From contig MU053304.1 of assembly GCA_013239625.1 (NCBI GenBank), positions 124,001 through 188,000 on the forward strand: 64,000 bases of DNA. Direction: 5' to 3'. This DNA comes from Lama guanicoe (lineage: Eukaryota). The notes beneath the pieces were generated by a model that worked only from the letters and a program-made list of their open reading frames with translations, was not told the DNA's origin and did no database searches. Within the stretch, counting starts at the first letter, position 1; every line of letters begins with the position of its first letter. Below, piece by piece: positions 52,410 through 64,000 of the stretch. The position numbers and the translations under genes are program-made.

Positions 52410-52890
52410 AATTTATGAAAATATCACCACCAAAGACAAGCTGAAAGCAAAGATGCAAATGCATGAAAAATAAATATATTTCACAAAAGGAAATAAAACC
52501 TAGGAAATAAGTAAAAAAGAAAAATAACCATCATAGAAATTAAAGTCATGCAGGAGGTAACTAATGAAGAACTGACACTACTTGAAAAAAAAACATAAAG
52601 ATCATAGAGAAAAGCTTAAGAGAAGTGCGAAAAATGAAACTGGAAAGTACAAAGAATTTCAAAAGATTACATGGACAAGTGAATGAAGGAGATCAAACAC
52701 TGGCATAACTGGTATTCCTGAAGGAAGGAAATACATATAAGGGACAGAAAACATTTTCAAAGATATCATTAAGACAACTTTCCTGAAATAGAAGAAATTT
52801 TAAAGACAGAAAAGGTATAACCTGTCTCAGGAAAACCTAATACAGAAAATTACCACTGAAGTTGGTGGATTTTGAAGATGGAGATTTTTA
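52410..52890 (+). mobile_element. Old L1/HAL1 ORF1-like fragment
   Basis: gaaggagatcaaacactggcataactggtattcctgaagg...acaactttcctgaaat resembles ORF1 NIxIxGxPE...NFPE. Confidence 0.55.
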
Positions 52891-54024
52891 AATGCAAGAA
52901 CTCAGGAAATATAATTCTCACAAATCCTTTCAGAAAGACCACTAGATGAAGGCTATACCTACCAAGAAATGGAGAAATTTCTCCAAAAAGAAGATTAGTG
53001 TTGAGTACTGGATCCAATTCTGTTGGGGTGGGAAGGTAAAAGGAAAGGAGGACAAAAGTTAAGCAGGTGATGATGGACCAAATATTAATTGTCAGAACAA
53101 GTCATGTCAGTCACTGGACCTTTGCTGAAATTTAAAGAAAAAAAACTGTCTTTTATTTAATTTCATTGTTGCTTTATGTTCTGGCAAAATTTTTCACCAG
53201 GCTATATTCTGAGTCCAAAGAATCTTGATTTGTTCACTGAAATCACAACACGGCTCATAATGACAAAATTATATTTTGGTTAGGGCTTCCAAATGTGATC
53301 AATGACTCCAAGTTTCTATTAGTAGTAATTAACATTTATTTTACTAAGTTCCAGAGAACATTTCTCAAGTATCATATTTAAATAAATTTATTATAGATTT
53401 TCATGGAAATATATTTAATAGGAGCATGTCCCAGACAGCTTGCAGGAGATAAAAATCTAACAGGTCAGCATGCTGAAAGAGCTCACGGATTCAGACCTTA
53501 GATGCTCCAGAAAGAACCTTATGCTGTCTACTTATACATTCTGCCACCACTCTAAAAAAAGATTACCTAGGGATCTAAACAAAAGTAGAATCTACTAGAG
53601 AACTGACTTAGACATTGTGTATGTCTTTACAGAAGAGTTTATTTTTACATTTCAATTTCAGTGTAAATTTTATTTTAAATGAATATTGAAAGTCACTTTC
53701 CCTTTCATGTGCTATAGGCCAAATATTACAACTTTCTAAGTAGTTTCTGTCTTCTATTCGCTGTCTGAAAAGATGGCAACCGCTGCTTTAGGACAACTAT
53801 GATTCACTGTTGCATCAAAATCCCTGGCCAATTCTCTTAAAAACCAGCCTACTTTGAAAATGTTTATGAAAAGACTGAAAGGGAATACCTAAATATGGTG
53901 TTAATTTTTTTAGAGAGGGAGGATTATAAATGACTATTTCCTCTATTATCTAAACTTCCTTTAATGTTGTAACACTTTTTGAATTTAAAAATTATAGAAA
54001 CATTTACTATAATCTAATAAAACT

Positions 54025-54470
54025 ATGGTGTCCAGTACTGGCTGCCTAACCAACATCCATTCCCCACCTCGTTCTTCCTGACAGAAACCTAATCTTCTTC
54101 ACACAGGGAACTCATCTCATCTTTAGATCCTCATTATTCTGATAAAATCAGAACACAGCTTCCCTGGAGACTATAATCAATATCAGGGTTGGTGGACAGA
54201 ATTTCCCCCTTCCTTATTGGAGACGATCAAGAAAGCATGTAGCTTGACTATCCTGGCAGCCAACTTCATGGCCACAGAGAATCCACCACTAGATCACTGA
54301 AGACAGTAAAGGGCAACCTGATAACATCATCAAGTGACTGACTATACTAGATCTGGAGCCTGCATAACCTTTGGATTCCCACTTATGTGAGATAAAATAT
54401 TCCCTTATTATTTAAGTTAGTTTGGGTCAGGGTTTTCTATCACATGGCACTAGAAGCACCCTAACATAAA
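54025..54470 (+). mobile_element. MLT1-type LTR
   Basis: Start ctgcctaaccaacatccattcccc; end ttatgtgagataaaatattcccttattatttaag...gggttttctatcacatggcactagaagcaccctaac. Confidence 0.7.
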
Positions 54471-55359
54471 ATATTTTAAAATATCTTCCATGAGAAGCAA
54501 ACTTCCCTTTCCCTCCCTTCACTTTGCAACAGAAAATATAAAGCTCTTACTACCAAAAATAAAATCTCAGGACTGTACACATCACATATCTTATAGGTAC
54601 TCACTACATACTGACATGGTACTGCTGCTTCTAGAACATAAAAAATATTAATAAATGGCCCCTTCCGTAAGCAATACAATTCTGTCTTAAAGGCACTCCC
54701 TTTATGACTTTCACGTTGAACTAGGCACACAGAACATAAAACAAGCTCATTTCACCTTCATGGTATATAGCAGCAAGGCCAAGAAGTCACCCCATTCCCT
54801 GAGCAGATCTCTCTCCTCAGTGCTGTCACTTCCCTTTGGTAGTATCTCCTTTCTGGCAATGACACTTTCTAGCTGTGTCATAGTGCTTTAGATATATCTC
54901 TTCTTTATTAATAGATGGAGAGAATCATCCTAAAGAGAATAAACATTTCTTTTTCTATGTGTCTTTCACTGAGACTTGTTCATCTTAAGTGCCCAATACA
55001 TGATGGTTGCACAAATAAATGAACAAATAAATTAATGCTCTTGAGCCCGGAAAAAAGGCATTCTATTCCTCCTTGAATAACCAAAGGAAAACTAAGAAAA
55101 CTGAAGATAGTAAAAACAAACAAATAAAACTCAAAGACATGTATCCAGGTAAACTCTTGGGTCCTTTAATAGCCAGCTGCCGCATTAGCAAAATAATTAA
55201 TATTAACGTATCAAAAAATCAGGAACAAGAAAAAAAAGCCTGCTACTATTTCTTTTACTCAAAAGTGAACTGCCATCACTTATTAAGGTGGAAAATATCT
55301 CCTCCCCAGTTGTGAGTTGCCAGTTCAGGAAGGTTCGAAAAAGAAATAAAAGTTTTAGG

Positions 55360-57100
55360 GATTCAAATGTTAGAAACAAATCTGTTAACCAATGAGGTGA
55401 TTATCTACATAAAAAAAAATCCAAAGGAAACTATATTCAAAGTATTAAAATAAGAGGATTTAGCAAGATGGCTGGATATTGGATTAATAAAAAATTAATT
55501 GTAATTTTATATACCAACACCAAAAAGCTACAAAATGCAACTTAAAGTGCCTGTTTTTCAGAATTCAATATTAACAATATGAAAAGGCAAATCATAAACC
55601 ACAGAAAAGAAATTTTCCAAATTATTAACTGCTAAAAGATTACTTTATAGAATTTTTTAACTCAAGAAATTAAAGAAAGACAAATAGCCAAATTAAAAAA
55701 GAATGCTAAAATGAGCGGGTAAAAGTTTAAGTAAAAACAGAATTGAACAGCCCCAAAATACAGCATAACAATTACTAGGGAAAACAGCAAGTAGGAATCC
55801 TGGCAGACACCACCTTAGCCAAGTGATCAAGGTTAATGTTACGAGTACACATACTGATATCATGTACCCTTTGATATGATGTATATAACTTTGTGGTATT
55901 CTTCCCAATAATGCCTAACCTCAATCTAACCATGAGAAAACATTAGACAAATCCAAACTGAGAAACATTCTACAAAATCACTGACCAGTACTCTTCAAAA
56001 GTGCCAAAGTCATGAAAAATAAGGCTGAGGAGATTGGAAAAAAACTACAGTAACATGACAACTAACTGCAATGTTGGATCCTGGACCAGATTCTCAAACA
56101 GAAAAAGAAGGTTAGTGGAAAAACTGGCAAGATCTGAGTTAAGTTCTATATTTTATTTAATAGTATTGTACAAAGGTTAATTTCTTAGTTTTGATAAATA
56201 TTCTATGGTAATTTAAGATGTTAACATAAGGAGAGGCTAGGTAAAGGGTATACAGGAACTTTTCGTACCATTTTTGTAATCTCTGTAACTCTAAATTACC
56301 TTAAAAAATTAACTGTGAAAAAACGAGTAAAGACATAAAGATATTTTCTAGGAGAGGAAACATAATGACTATATATATAAAGATGCTCAATCTCATTAGC
56401 GATTAGGAAAATATAAATTAAAATCACAAGGAGATACCGTTATACACCCACCTGCTTGGCAAAAACTGAAGAGTCTAACAATATCAAGTGTTGGTAAGAG
56501 TGTGAAGCAATGGAAAGTCTTATCCACTGCTGGCAGGGCTGAAAATGGGTACAGCCACTTTAGAAAATGACTTGGTTGTAAAGCTGTAAAGTTAAACATG
56601 CACATATGTGTGATACAGTAACTTTACTCTTCAGTAGAGTCTAGAGAAACTTCAGTTAGTAAATAAGCACTGGAATGTTTGTGGGAGCATTGTTTATAAT
56701 AGCAAAAACCTCAGTTTAACCCAAATATCCATTGTTGGATAAACATATTATAGTATATTTCAAGAAATAAAAATATTATGAATTAAAATGAATGAAGTAT
56801 ATGAATATACCTTGGATATATAATGTTAAATAGAAAGAAGCAAGTCACAGAAGAATATGTATAGCAAGGTACTTTTTATAAGGTTCAAAAATACAATGTT
56901 GGGCAAATTAGAGAAAAGTACATTTCGATTAGCATGTTTGAGACAGTGGTTACCTCTCGGGAAAAAATTAGGGGTTAGGATAGAGAGGAACACAGAGGGA
57001 GCTTTAATAATATTGTGACAGATTTCTGAATCTAGTTCATGGGTTGGTTTAAATATCAGAATTCAAAACTTACATAAGTGTTACAATATTCTTTTATCTT
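55360..57100 (+). mobile_element. Old LINE-1 3' fragments (L1ME-like with a nested L1MC-like 3'UTR at about 55775-56310)
   Basis: cctggcagacaccaccttagccaagtgatcaaggtt; aagatgctcaatctcattag...aaattaaaatcacaaggagatacc. Confidence 0.75.
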
Positions 57101-58516
57101 GAAACATACTTTTCAATTAATGTTAACAAATATTTTAAAAATAATATTTTAGACAAATATATACTGAACCCTTAATAGTGATTATTTTAGAGGGTAAAAT
57201 TCTGGAAAATGTTCACTTTCTATAGTATATGTTTTAAATAATTTTAATAATAAATATATAATATGTATGTATTTGAAAAAATTAATTTTTTCTTAATTTT
57301 GATACTGTAGTAATAAATATTTGTGAGATAGAAAGCTTTCCTCATTAGAATAATTTCTAATAATCATTACCTCAATTTTTTCCACTTATCAGAGTTCTTC
57401 CACAGATACTGTTCCCATTCACAATCCATGACATTACAACTGAGTCCTACTATAAAATCAACCAGGACAGTACCGAAACATTTCCAACTTCTCACAGTTG
57501 ATAGGTGGGAGCTGTGTGTGTGTATACACATTCTACATAAATAAGCATTAGGTCCACTGTTCTGGGTAATGTGCTAGTGCAAACCTTATTGAGGGAAGGG
57601 ACCAGCTACAGATATAAGAAATTAAGACAGGAGAAGTCCTTCAAATTGGCCTCCTTGCCTTAAAGAAAATAGGAACACTTAACAATCAACATTAGTGCTC
57701 TAAGCCATTCATACTCCTTTCTCTACCACATAGTCTTATAAAGTTTCAGCCTTAAAACTAGGCTATACACAAGAAGACAACCATACACTCTTACAGTGAT
57801 TATGACTATCATTACCACTCTCATATAAATGCTTTCATTCATATTGGTCCATGTTGGAAACCCCATGCAAATACATATAATGGTATCAGATCCCTGAGAA
57901 CCTGCAAGTGGAGAACAATCAAACATAGCCAGACCTAGAGCCCAGAACTTCAGCAACAATACCCAGTGAAAACAAAGTACAGCAAATACTTGGGCTGTAT
58001 ATTTTAGGTATTATTTTCTATAATCAGGAGAGAACACATTATTTTCCTTTTTCTGGCTCAGCATTATGACCCAGCAGAGGCAGTAAGTAGGGAATTGTGG
58101 ACTTCAGGAAAAGTGTGGGCAGATCAGTGATGACAGAATGCAAAAAAGAAGCAAGGCTCAACAGTACTGAAGGATTTTAGGGAAGGCCCTAAAGATTGAG
58201 AGTGAAGAGCTTACTGTCAACATGAAGGGAGCAAAGAGGAGGCTGAAAGCATTTAAGGAGTAAAAGAGAATGCTAATAGTAGCTAAGGTTCTCTAATACT
58301 TCAAAATAATATTTTCAAGAAGATGCCCTAGAAATAGTGGATGAAGTTGACAACCATGGAAGAAATGTTAATGACTGCATACAGGATGAGGAAAAAACAA
58401 TTTGGCAACCAGAGCCTGCATCAGGACCATTTTCCTCTATTCCTTATACTTTTTTTCTGTTTTGACTAAGATCCTCTCAGTGTTGATAACAGCTTTTTCC
58501 AAAGCTGATCCTTACA

Positions 58517-58533
58517 GGCCACCAGGTGGAGCC
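58517..58533 (+). promoter_or_regulatory. Candidate CTCF site
   Basis: GGCCACCAGGTGGAGCC, a near-consensus CTCF core in apparently non-repeat sequence. Motif match only. Confidence 0.55.
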
Positions 58534-59569
58534 CAACAGTCACCAAAAAAGAGCCCCCTCCTCAGCCTGATTCAATTTTTGTCTACCAGCCAGCTAGAGC
58601 CATACCCTCCGAAAAGGTCTTAATAAAGTCTAAGTTTGGTAATGCAAGTTTTTAGTATTACATAACACAGTATCTTACTCAGAAGAGTCTTCGGATAAGG
58701 GACATTCCCTTGAAAAGGTGAAATACTGTTTTTGCACAGGGGGAAGGATTGGATAGAGCTATCTTCCAACTTGCTAATCTTGTAGGTTATGCCTCAATGA
58801 AACTAACTGATTTATTCCATTTGTTTTTTTCTACCAATCTGCTTACTGTTTCATTTTCCTAAATACAATTTAATGTACCTTAACGACCACCTCCCCAATT
58901 CAAATCTACCTCATAAGAAATTTGTATCAAATCTGAATGGAATAATAAAAATATTTGCTTCTGTCAGTCAACAAATATTTCTGATTGTCTGATAACTGAC
59001 ACCTTATGAGTACAAAGGTTGGTGCTGAAGAAGATACCAGAAAAGTCCTCCTTCCCCACCAACCACTTCCTTCCCACTGCAGGCACTGTCAGTCAGAACT
59101 TCCCTTCCTCTCCTTTGACCTTGCCTAGTCACTCTCACCAGTGGAAGCTGCCGTCCTTCACACTCATTAAAATGAGCAGTACTGTGGCCCATTCTCTATT
59201 TCTCATTTCAACATCTTCCCATTAAACCTAAACAATCCCATGTCCATCCAAAACTTTTTCAACCTTGCTATACCTGCACTGATTCATTTTCTTTCTTCCC
59301 ATCTCTTAAAGCTACCAAAGTTTGCTACAGAAAATAATATAAATATGTCAATTTGATCTAGGTCAATTCATGTCACAGATCTTCAGTTAGTCTTGAGTGT
59401 TGCCATCAAACACTACTATGTTCCTTACAGTGGCTGCTGTAAAACTTTTCCATTTTCTTCAAGATTTATCCTTAACTATTCCAGAAGAAGAAACCTTGAC
59501 AAATCCAGCAGAAAGGGACCTTGATCTCTCCATGCTTATGATACCCTGGAAGGGAAGGCTGGGACTATA

Positions 59570-60140
59570 AACTCTAGACTTTAGGATAGCAGATTTCACA
59601 AAGGTCTCAGAAAATATAGGCATGAATTCCACTGCAAGAGTTGCTAAAGGGAAGGAAGATTTAAGAGAGTTGGGAAGCCCTTAAAACTTTTAAGTCTGAT
59701 TATATAATTACAAACCATTCCAACAAGGAAGCCAGTGTGGCTTTTTAAGTATCTTGGACAAGAGATCAGCAGAAAATATAAAAAGTACTAAATATATTGT
59801 GATGCATAACAAAAAGCAGTGATCTCTAAAAGCCAGCAAGGGTTCACTAAGAATAGATTATCTTTAGGTTTCTGATAGCAATACAGATTAAGATTCAGGA
59901 AAATGTGGTATGTGATGTACAGAGATTAAAAAAGGCTCAGCTGATATCTCTCATGACAATTCTAAGAACAAGATGAAAAATGACTTTTAACAATGAGAGG
60001 TCTCTAGTATTGTAATACTCTTTGGGCTCCCCTTAATTGGAGGCTACTGCAAGTGCCAGAGAAGCAAATCTTACACTGAAGGAAGCGCCAAGATTGATGG
60101 CCTCCTTAAGACTCCTTCCAAAGCTACTGAAATTTTATAC
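59570..60140 (+). mobile_element. CR1/L3 ORF2 relic
   Basis: actctagactttaggatagcagatttc reads TLDFRIADF (CR1 LDFRKADF motif); agccagcaagggttcactaagaatag resembles SQHGFTKNRS. Confidence 0.65.
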
Positions 60141-61199
60141 TTTATTAATGTGCACATTCTATTTAACCTCTTTGTTAAAGATTCTAAACTTGGGGTTCTC
60201 CACCTAAGGTTATATACTGACTGTATGTTGTTATCAAGTGTTGATTTTGAAACCACAGAATCTTGGTTCTCAACATTTTCTGTCCCAAACTACTTCTGTG
60301 TTTTCTAGTTTGATTTATGTTGCAACTTCTTCCTGATCAACATGGCTGAAGATCTCGGGGTCATCAAATCATTTTCATCTACCCATCTGACCAGCCGGCA
60401 AACATTCACTGAGTGTCCTTGCCTTAAAGGAGCTCATGGCCAAGTAGGTAACTTACATAAGCAATTACAATACAAACAGATGAGAGCTATAATACTGGTA
60501 TTATTAGAAACTATGGGAGCACCCATGAGGGAGGACTCAGAGACAAGGAACATCTTTCTAGCAGATAACTGAGTTAAGTTTAAAAGTTGAATACTGCACT
60601 AAATAAACACTGGGGAGTAGAAAAAGCCTTTACTGGGAAAGGAAGTGTAGTGTGCAAAAGTCTGGAGCTATGAACAAATACAGTTAGCTTGTGAAACAGC
60701 AAGCAATGAGGCATAAGGGAACAGTAGAAGATGAAGATCCTCTTGGTGAATTGTGATTAAGTGCCATCATCATCTACCCAGTCACCCGAGTCAGAGGCCT
60801 GAGAGTTCATCCAAGATTCTGTCCTTCTCCTTCATGCCCCATTTCCATCAGTCACCATGTCTGAGAAAATTTACCTTCTCCATCTCCCCTGAATCCTTTC
60901 ATTCCCATTGTTTCCTTCACTGCAGTTCCTAACTTCAGGTTCTCTCATCTTATCTTACTGCAATGGCCTACTGCTTGCTTCCAGCCATGTCCTTTCCCAC
61001 CCACCCTGGACTGTCAGTCAGAGTGATTTTTTACCAAAGAGGCTTCTGTTCTCCAAGAAACAATCCTAGATTTCCCCCTTCATCTACCTACTCCAAACTT
61101 TCAGAAAATTCTTCTATTCCTATGGAAGAACTTACAACATTCTGCTTTGTACTATAGTTAGAGCTCAAAGAGACAGGCCATTCAATTCATCTGCTTTAT

Positions 61200-61700
61200 C
61201 CATACTCCTTGCCAGAGAGTTGAGTCCCAGAGTCCCTGGTAATTGGGCAGTGGATCGTGGACCTTGGATTTTCTGGTTAAAAGTATTGACCAGGGCAAAT
61301 AACTCTCTCAATAGACCAATAAAGATTTTCTATAAAGAAATTCTGTATTGTGATCTAGACTTCAGCGTGTGACCTGCAGAGGACTGGCAGTGCCATTTAG
61401 GGGCCATGTACGCTACTGAGCAAGAAGACGGCTACTGCGTAAAGAAAAGCAGAATAATACAGCTCATATGCAGAAACGGGTAGAGAAAAGATATCTTATG
61501 GTGGCTGGACAGCTCAGGGTGCTTGAAAGAGAAGCTGTGATTCCTTTACCACCTTGTTAGTTCTGAGTTCCTCATGAGACCTGCCTATACTTCCCGCCCT
61601 GGGTTTTAGATGAACCACCAGTTTCTTATATTAATCACCGCTGCTACTTAAATTAGATCAAATAGGATTCCATTTCTTAGAATCAAATTAATCCTATGAC
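61200..61700 (+). mobile_element. MLT1-type LTR
   Basis: MLT1-like 3' end cttaaattagatcaaataggattccatttcttagaatcaaa. Confidence 0.5.
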
Positions 61701-62532
61701 ATTTATGTAAAGTCTTTCTGCATTAGGCTATAACTCCTTTACATAAAGAAACCATAGCTTATTTACCTTTGTATTTCTCATGTAATACAGCAGTGACTTA
61801 CACATATGATCAACATCTGTCTCGTGAACTGAATTTTACTACAGAAGAAATTAAATGACTTTGGACTTGAATAATTATTAGCAATTATATAGGCAGAAGT
61901 TCGATACTGTTAAGGGTAGAGTATAGGGGCAGGAAAGAAGTTCAAAAGGAAGGCGCTTTGGCTAAAGTCAGTTTTTAGGCATAGTTTCTATGGAAGCTAA
62001 CCACACACATTCACACCCATAACAAGTACTACCTTCGTGCTCCTGGTCAAAACCTGGCAAAGACGAGAGAGGAAACCCAAGCAATCACAGCACAGCATGT
62101 TCTGATCGGGAAATAGTGACCTCAGCTCCTGCAGATCAGTAACTGATAGCCAGAACAAAATGGCAAGGCGACCACCAACATGCAACAGCTGCAGCCCGCA
62201 CAAATGCACCCCTCAGGAGAGAGACGTCAGCTGAGAACTTCATCATGAAAATCTGCCACATTTTATTTCTTAAAATTTCCCTTTTCCACAAAGATTTTAA
62301 AAGGCTTATTTCCATAAAAGACAATTTTAATGACTTTACAGTACAAAGGTAACAAAAAGCTTAGCAGTTTTCCATCTAAGTATGAGAATCTTCAAAATTT
62401 TTTTTATTTTGAAAAGTAAATGATTAATATATGGTTATTATTTTAAAATAGTCTTTCTTTAGATTCAGCAAATGTCCTTGCTGCTTCAAATGTCTGCCTC
62501 CTTTTTTATTGTTGTACTTTTACCCACAGAAA

Positions 62533-62712
62533 AAAACAAGATTATACCGTATAGCACAGGGAAATACATACAAGATCTTGTGGTAGCTCACAGCGAAAAA
62601 GAATGTGACAATGAATATATGTGTGTTCATGTATAACTGAAAAATTGTGCTCTACACTGGAATTCGACACAACATTGTAAAATGACTATAACTCAATAAA
62701 AAAAATGTTAAG
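62533..62712 (+). mobile_element. Young L1 3'UTR fragment
   Basis: gtatagcacagggaaatacatacaagatcttgtggtagctca...gactataactcaataaa; same family as 9669-10580 and 32966-33026. Confidence 0.88.
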
Positions 62713-64000
62713 AAAAGAGTTCTTGATGAAGTAATGGCACAGCTGTGCAAAAGGAACCTGAAGGGCTATCTGAGCGGTAAGAGAAACTCACACTGTGAAG
62801 ATTTCCTGACTACACCCTTAAAACTCGAAAACTAAGGAAGTAGCCCGTCAAGTATACACAATGGGATATGACAGAAAGGCAGATAAGAGTCAAGGCTGGA
62901 TTTCCTGTCTTGATGTGAAATCGTTCCCTTTTCACTGCCAAGCAGAGTGTGGCGGGCACAATCACCAGGGGCCAGGTGGCACAGCCACGATCAGGCCTTT
63001 TGAGTGGATGGTGAGAAACTGGCAAGCCTCTGAGAAGTGCTATTTAGGGCTCAAGGGATTGACGTCACTTCTGGATAATGAGTTACGCTAAAAAATGATG
63101 ACATTGCAATCACACCACTTGAGAGCAAAAAAGAAACTGCAACTGTTCCCGCGTGGCTCTGGGAATCACATAAATCACACAGATCTTTGTCTCACTGAGA
63201 AAGTGGCACAGGACGGTATTTCTTAAATTGCATGAGGTATGACACACAGATTTGATTTGGTTTACTTCCCTAGGCCTAAAAGGCTAAGTACAGAATAAAC
63301 CCGATAAAAGCGGCATACTGTGGCCATCATTCAGAGCTGGCACTCAAACCACAGAACACTCCCAGGAGGGTTCATCCTGCACAAGTTACATGACCAACAA
63401 GCAAGTCACCAAGTGAGACTAAAAGTAAGTGTCAGAGCAAACTTTTCTAGCTTGTATGCCTTTATTTGCATTTCCTGTGAAGCATAAACCAGACACCATT
63501 CATAATAAAGGGCTTCAGAAGTAGCTAAAACTTAATGTTGCTTTTCTTTCAAAATGAATACCAACTGTGAGGAGCAAGCAGGCACAGCATCTGATCAAGC
63601 AGCTGGGTCGAGCAATTTCTTCAGATTACATGGAAGTGGCTAGCCATGATGCTCTGTAACCGTATGATCTGGATTTAAGTTAGACTGCTTTCTGAAAGTT
63701 TCCAAAAGAATATGGTACCCCTTCCCTGCTTACAGTGGGGTAATTTAATGTTTAATGCCATGAGTGAAACCTCTGAAGGATTAATACCAAAAGAGCACAT
63801 ATTCAAGCATATTTTTACATTCCTATTTTAAAGCATGGGAGACCGAGGTGCCCTGAATATGCCTGGAATTTTGCATGTTTTAGCACTAGTGTCTGAAAGG
63901 AGGGGTCTGATTATTTGATGTAATGAATTTCTTGCCATTCACAAGTACAAACAGGATTCATGACCTAACAGGAAATAAGTAGAGGCCCAGAATGTGCTTA

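Noticed and set aside
57865..57872. Octamer ATGCAAAT
   Set aside because: A single 8-mer is expected by chance in 64 kb of AT-rich DNA.
1..64000. Further DIS3L2 exons or a novel multi-gene system
   Set aside because: I recognised no other DIS3L2 peptide or other protein-coding gene. Short or non-coding exons cannot be excluded by eye.

Overview
This is mammalian nuclear DNA lying entirely inside the DIS3L2 gene (RNase II/RNB-family 3'->5' exoribonuclease), transcribed on the minus strand. Two coding exons are present: 174 bp at 46529-46702 (equivalent to human exon 9) and 80 bp at 14571-14650 (exon 10, carrying the catalytic DPxxxxDxDD motif). They are joined in frame across a 31,878-bp GT-AG intron. 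The rest is intronic: L1, L2, CR1/L3, MIR, MaLR/ERVL LTRs, hAT and mariner relics, plus candidate enhancers and CTCF motifs. The young L1 3' ends and the lack of recognisable Alu, B1, Bov, PRE or Can SINEs suggest a camelid (inference). Most ORF-track entries are chance or L1-derived. The notable observations are a tailless U4 snRNA retrocopy with a TSD, two three-layer nested insertions, two near-perfect local duplications, a NAGNAG acceptor at the catalytic exon, an inverted pair of young L1s and a TALE/HOX motif cluster. I see no support for a new multi-gene biological system. Repeat families and boundaries were read by eye and are approximate unless a TSD is quoted.
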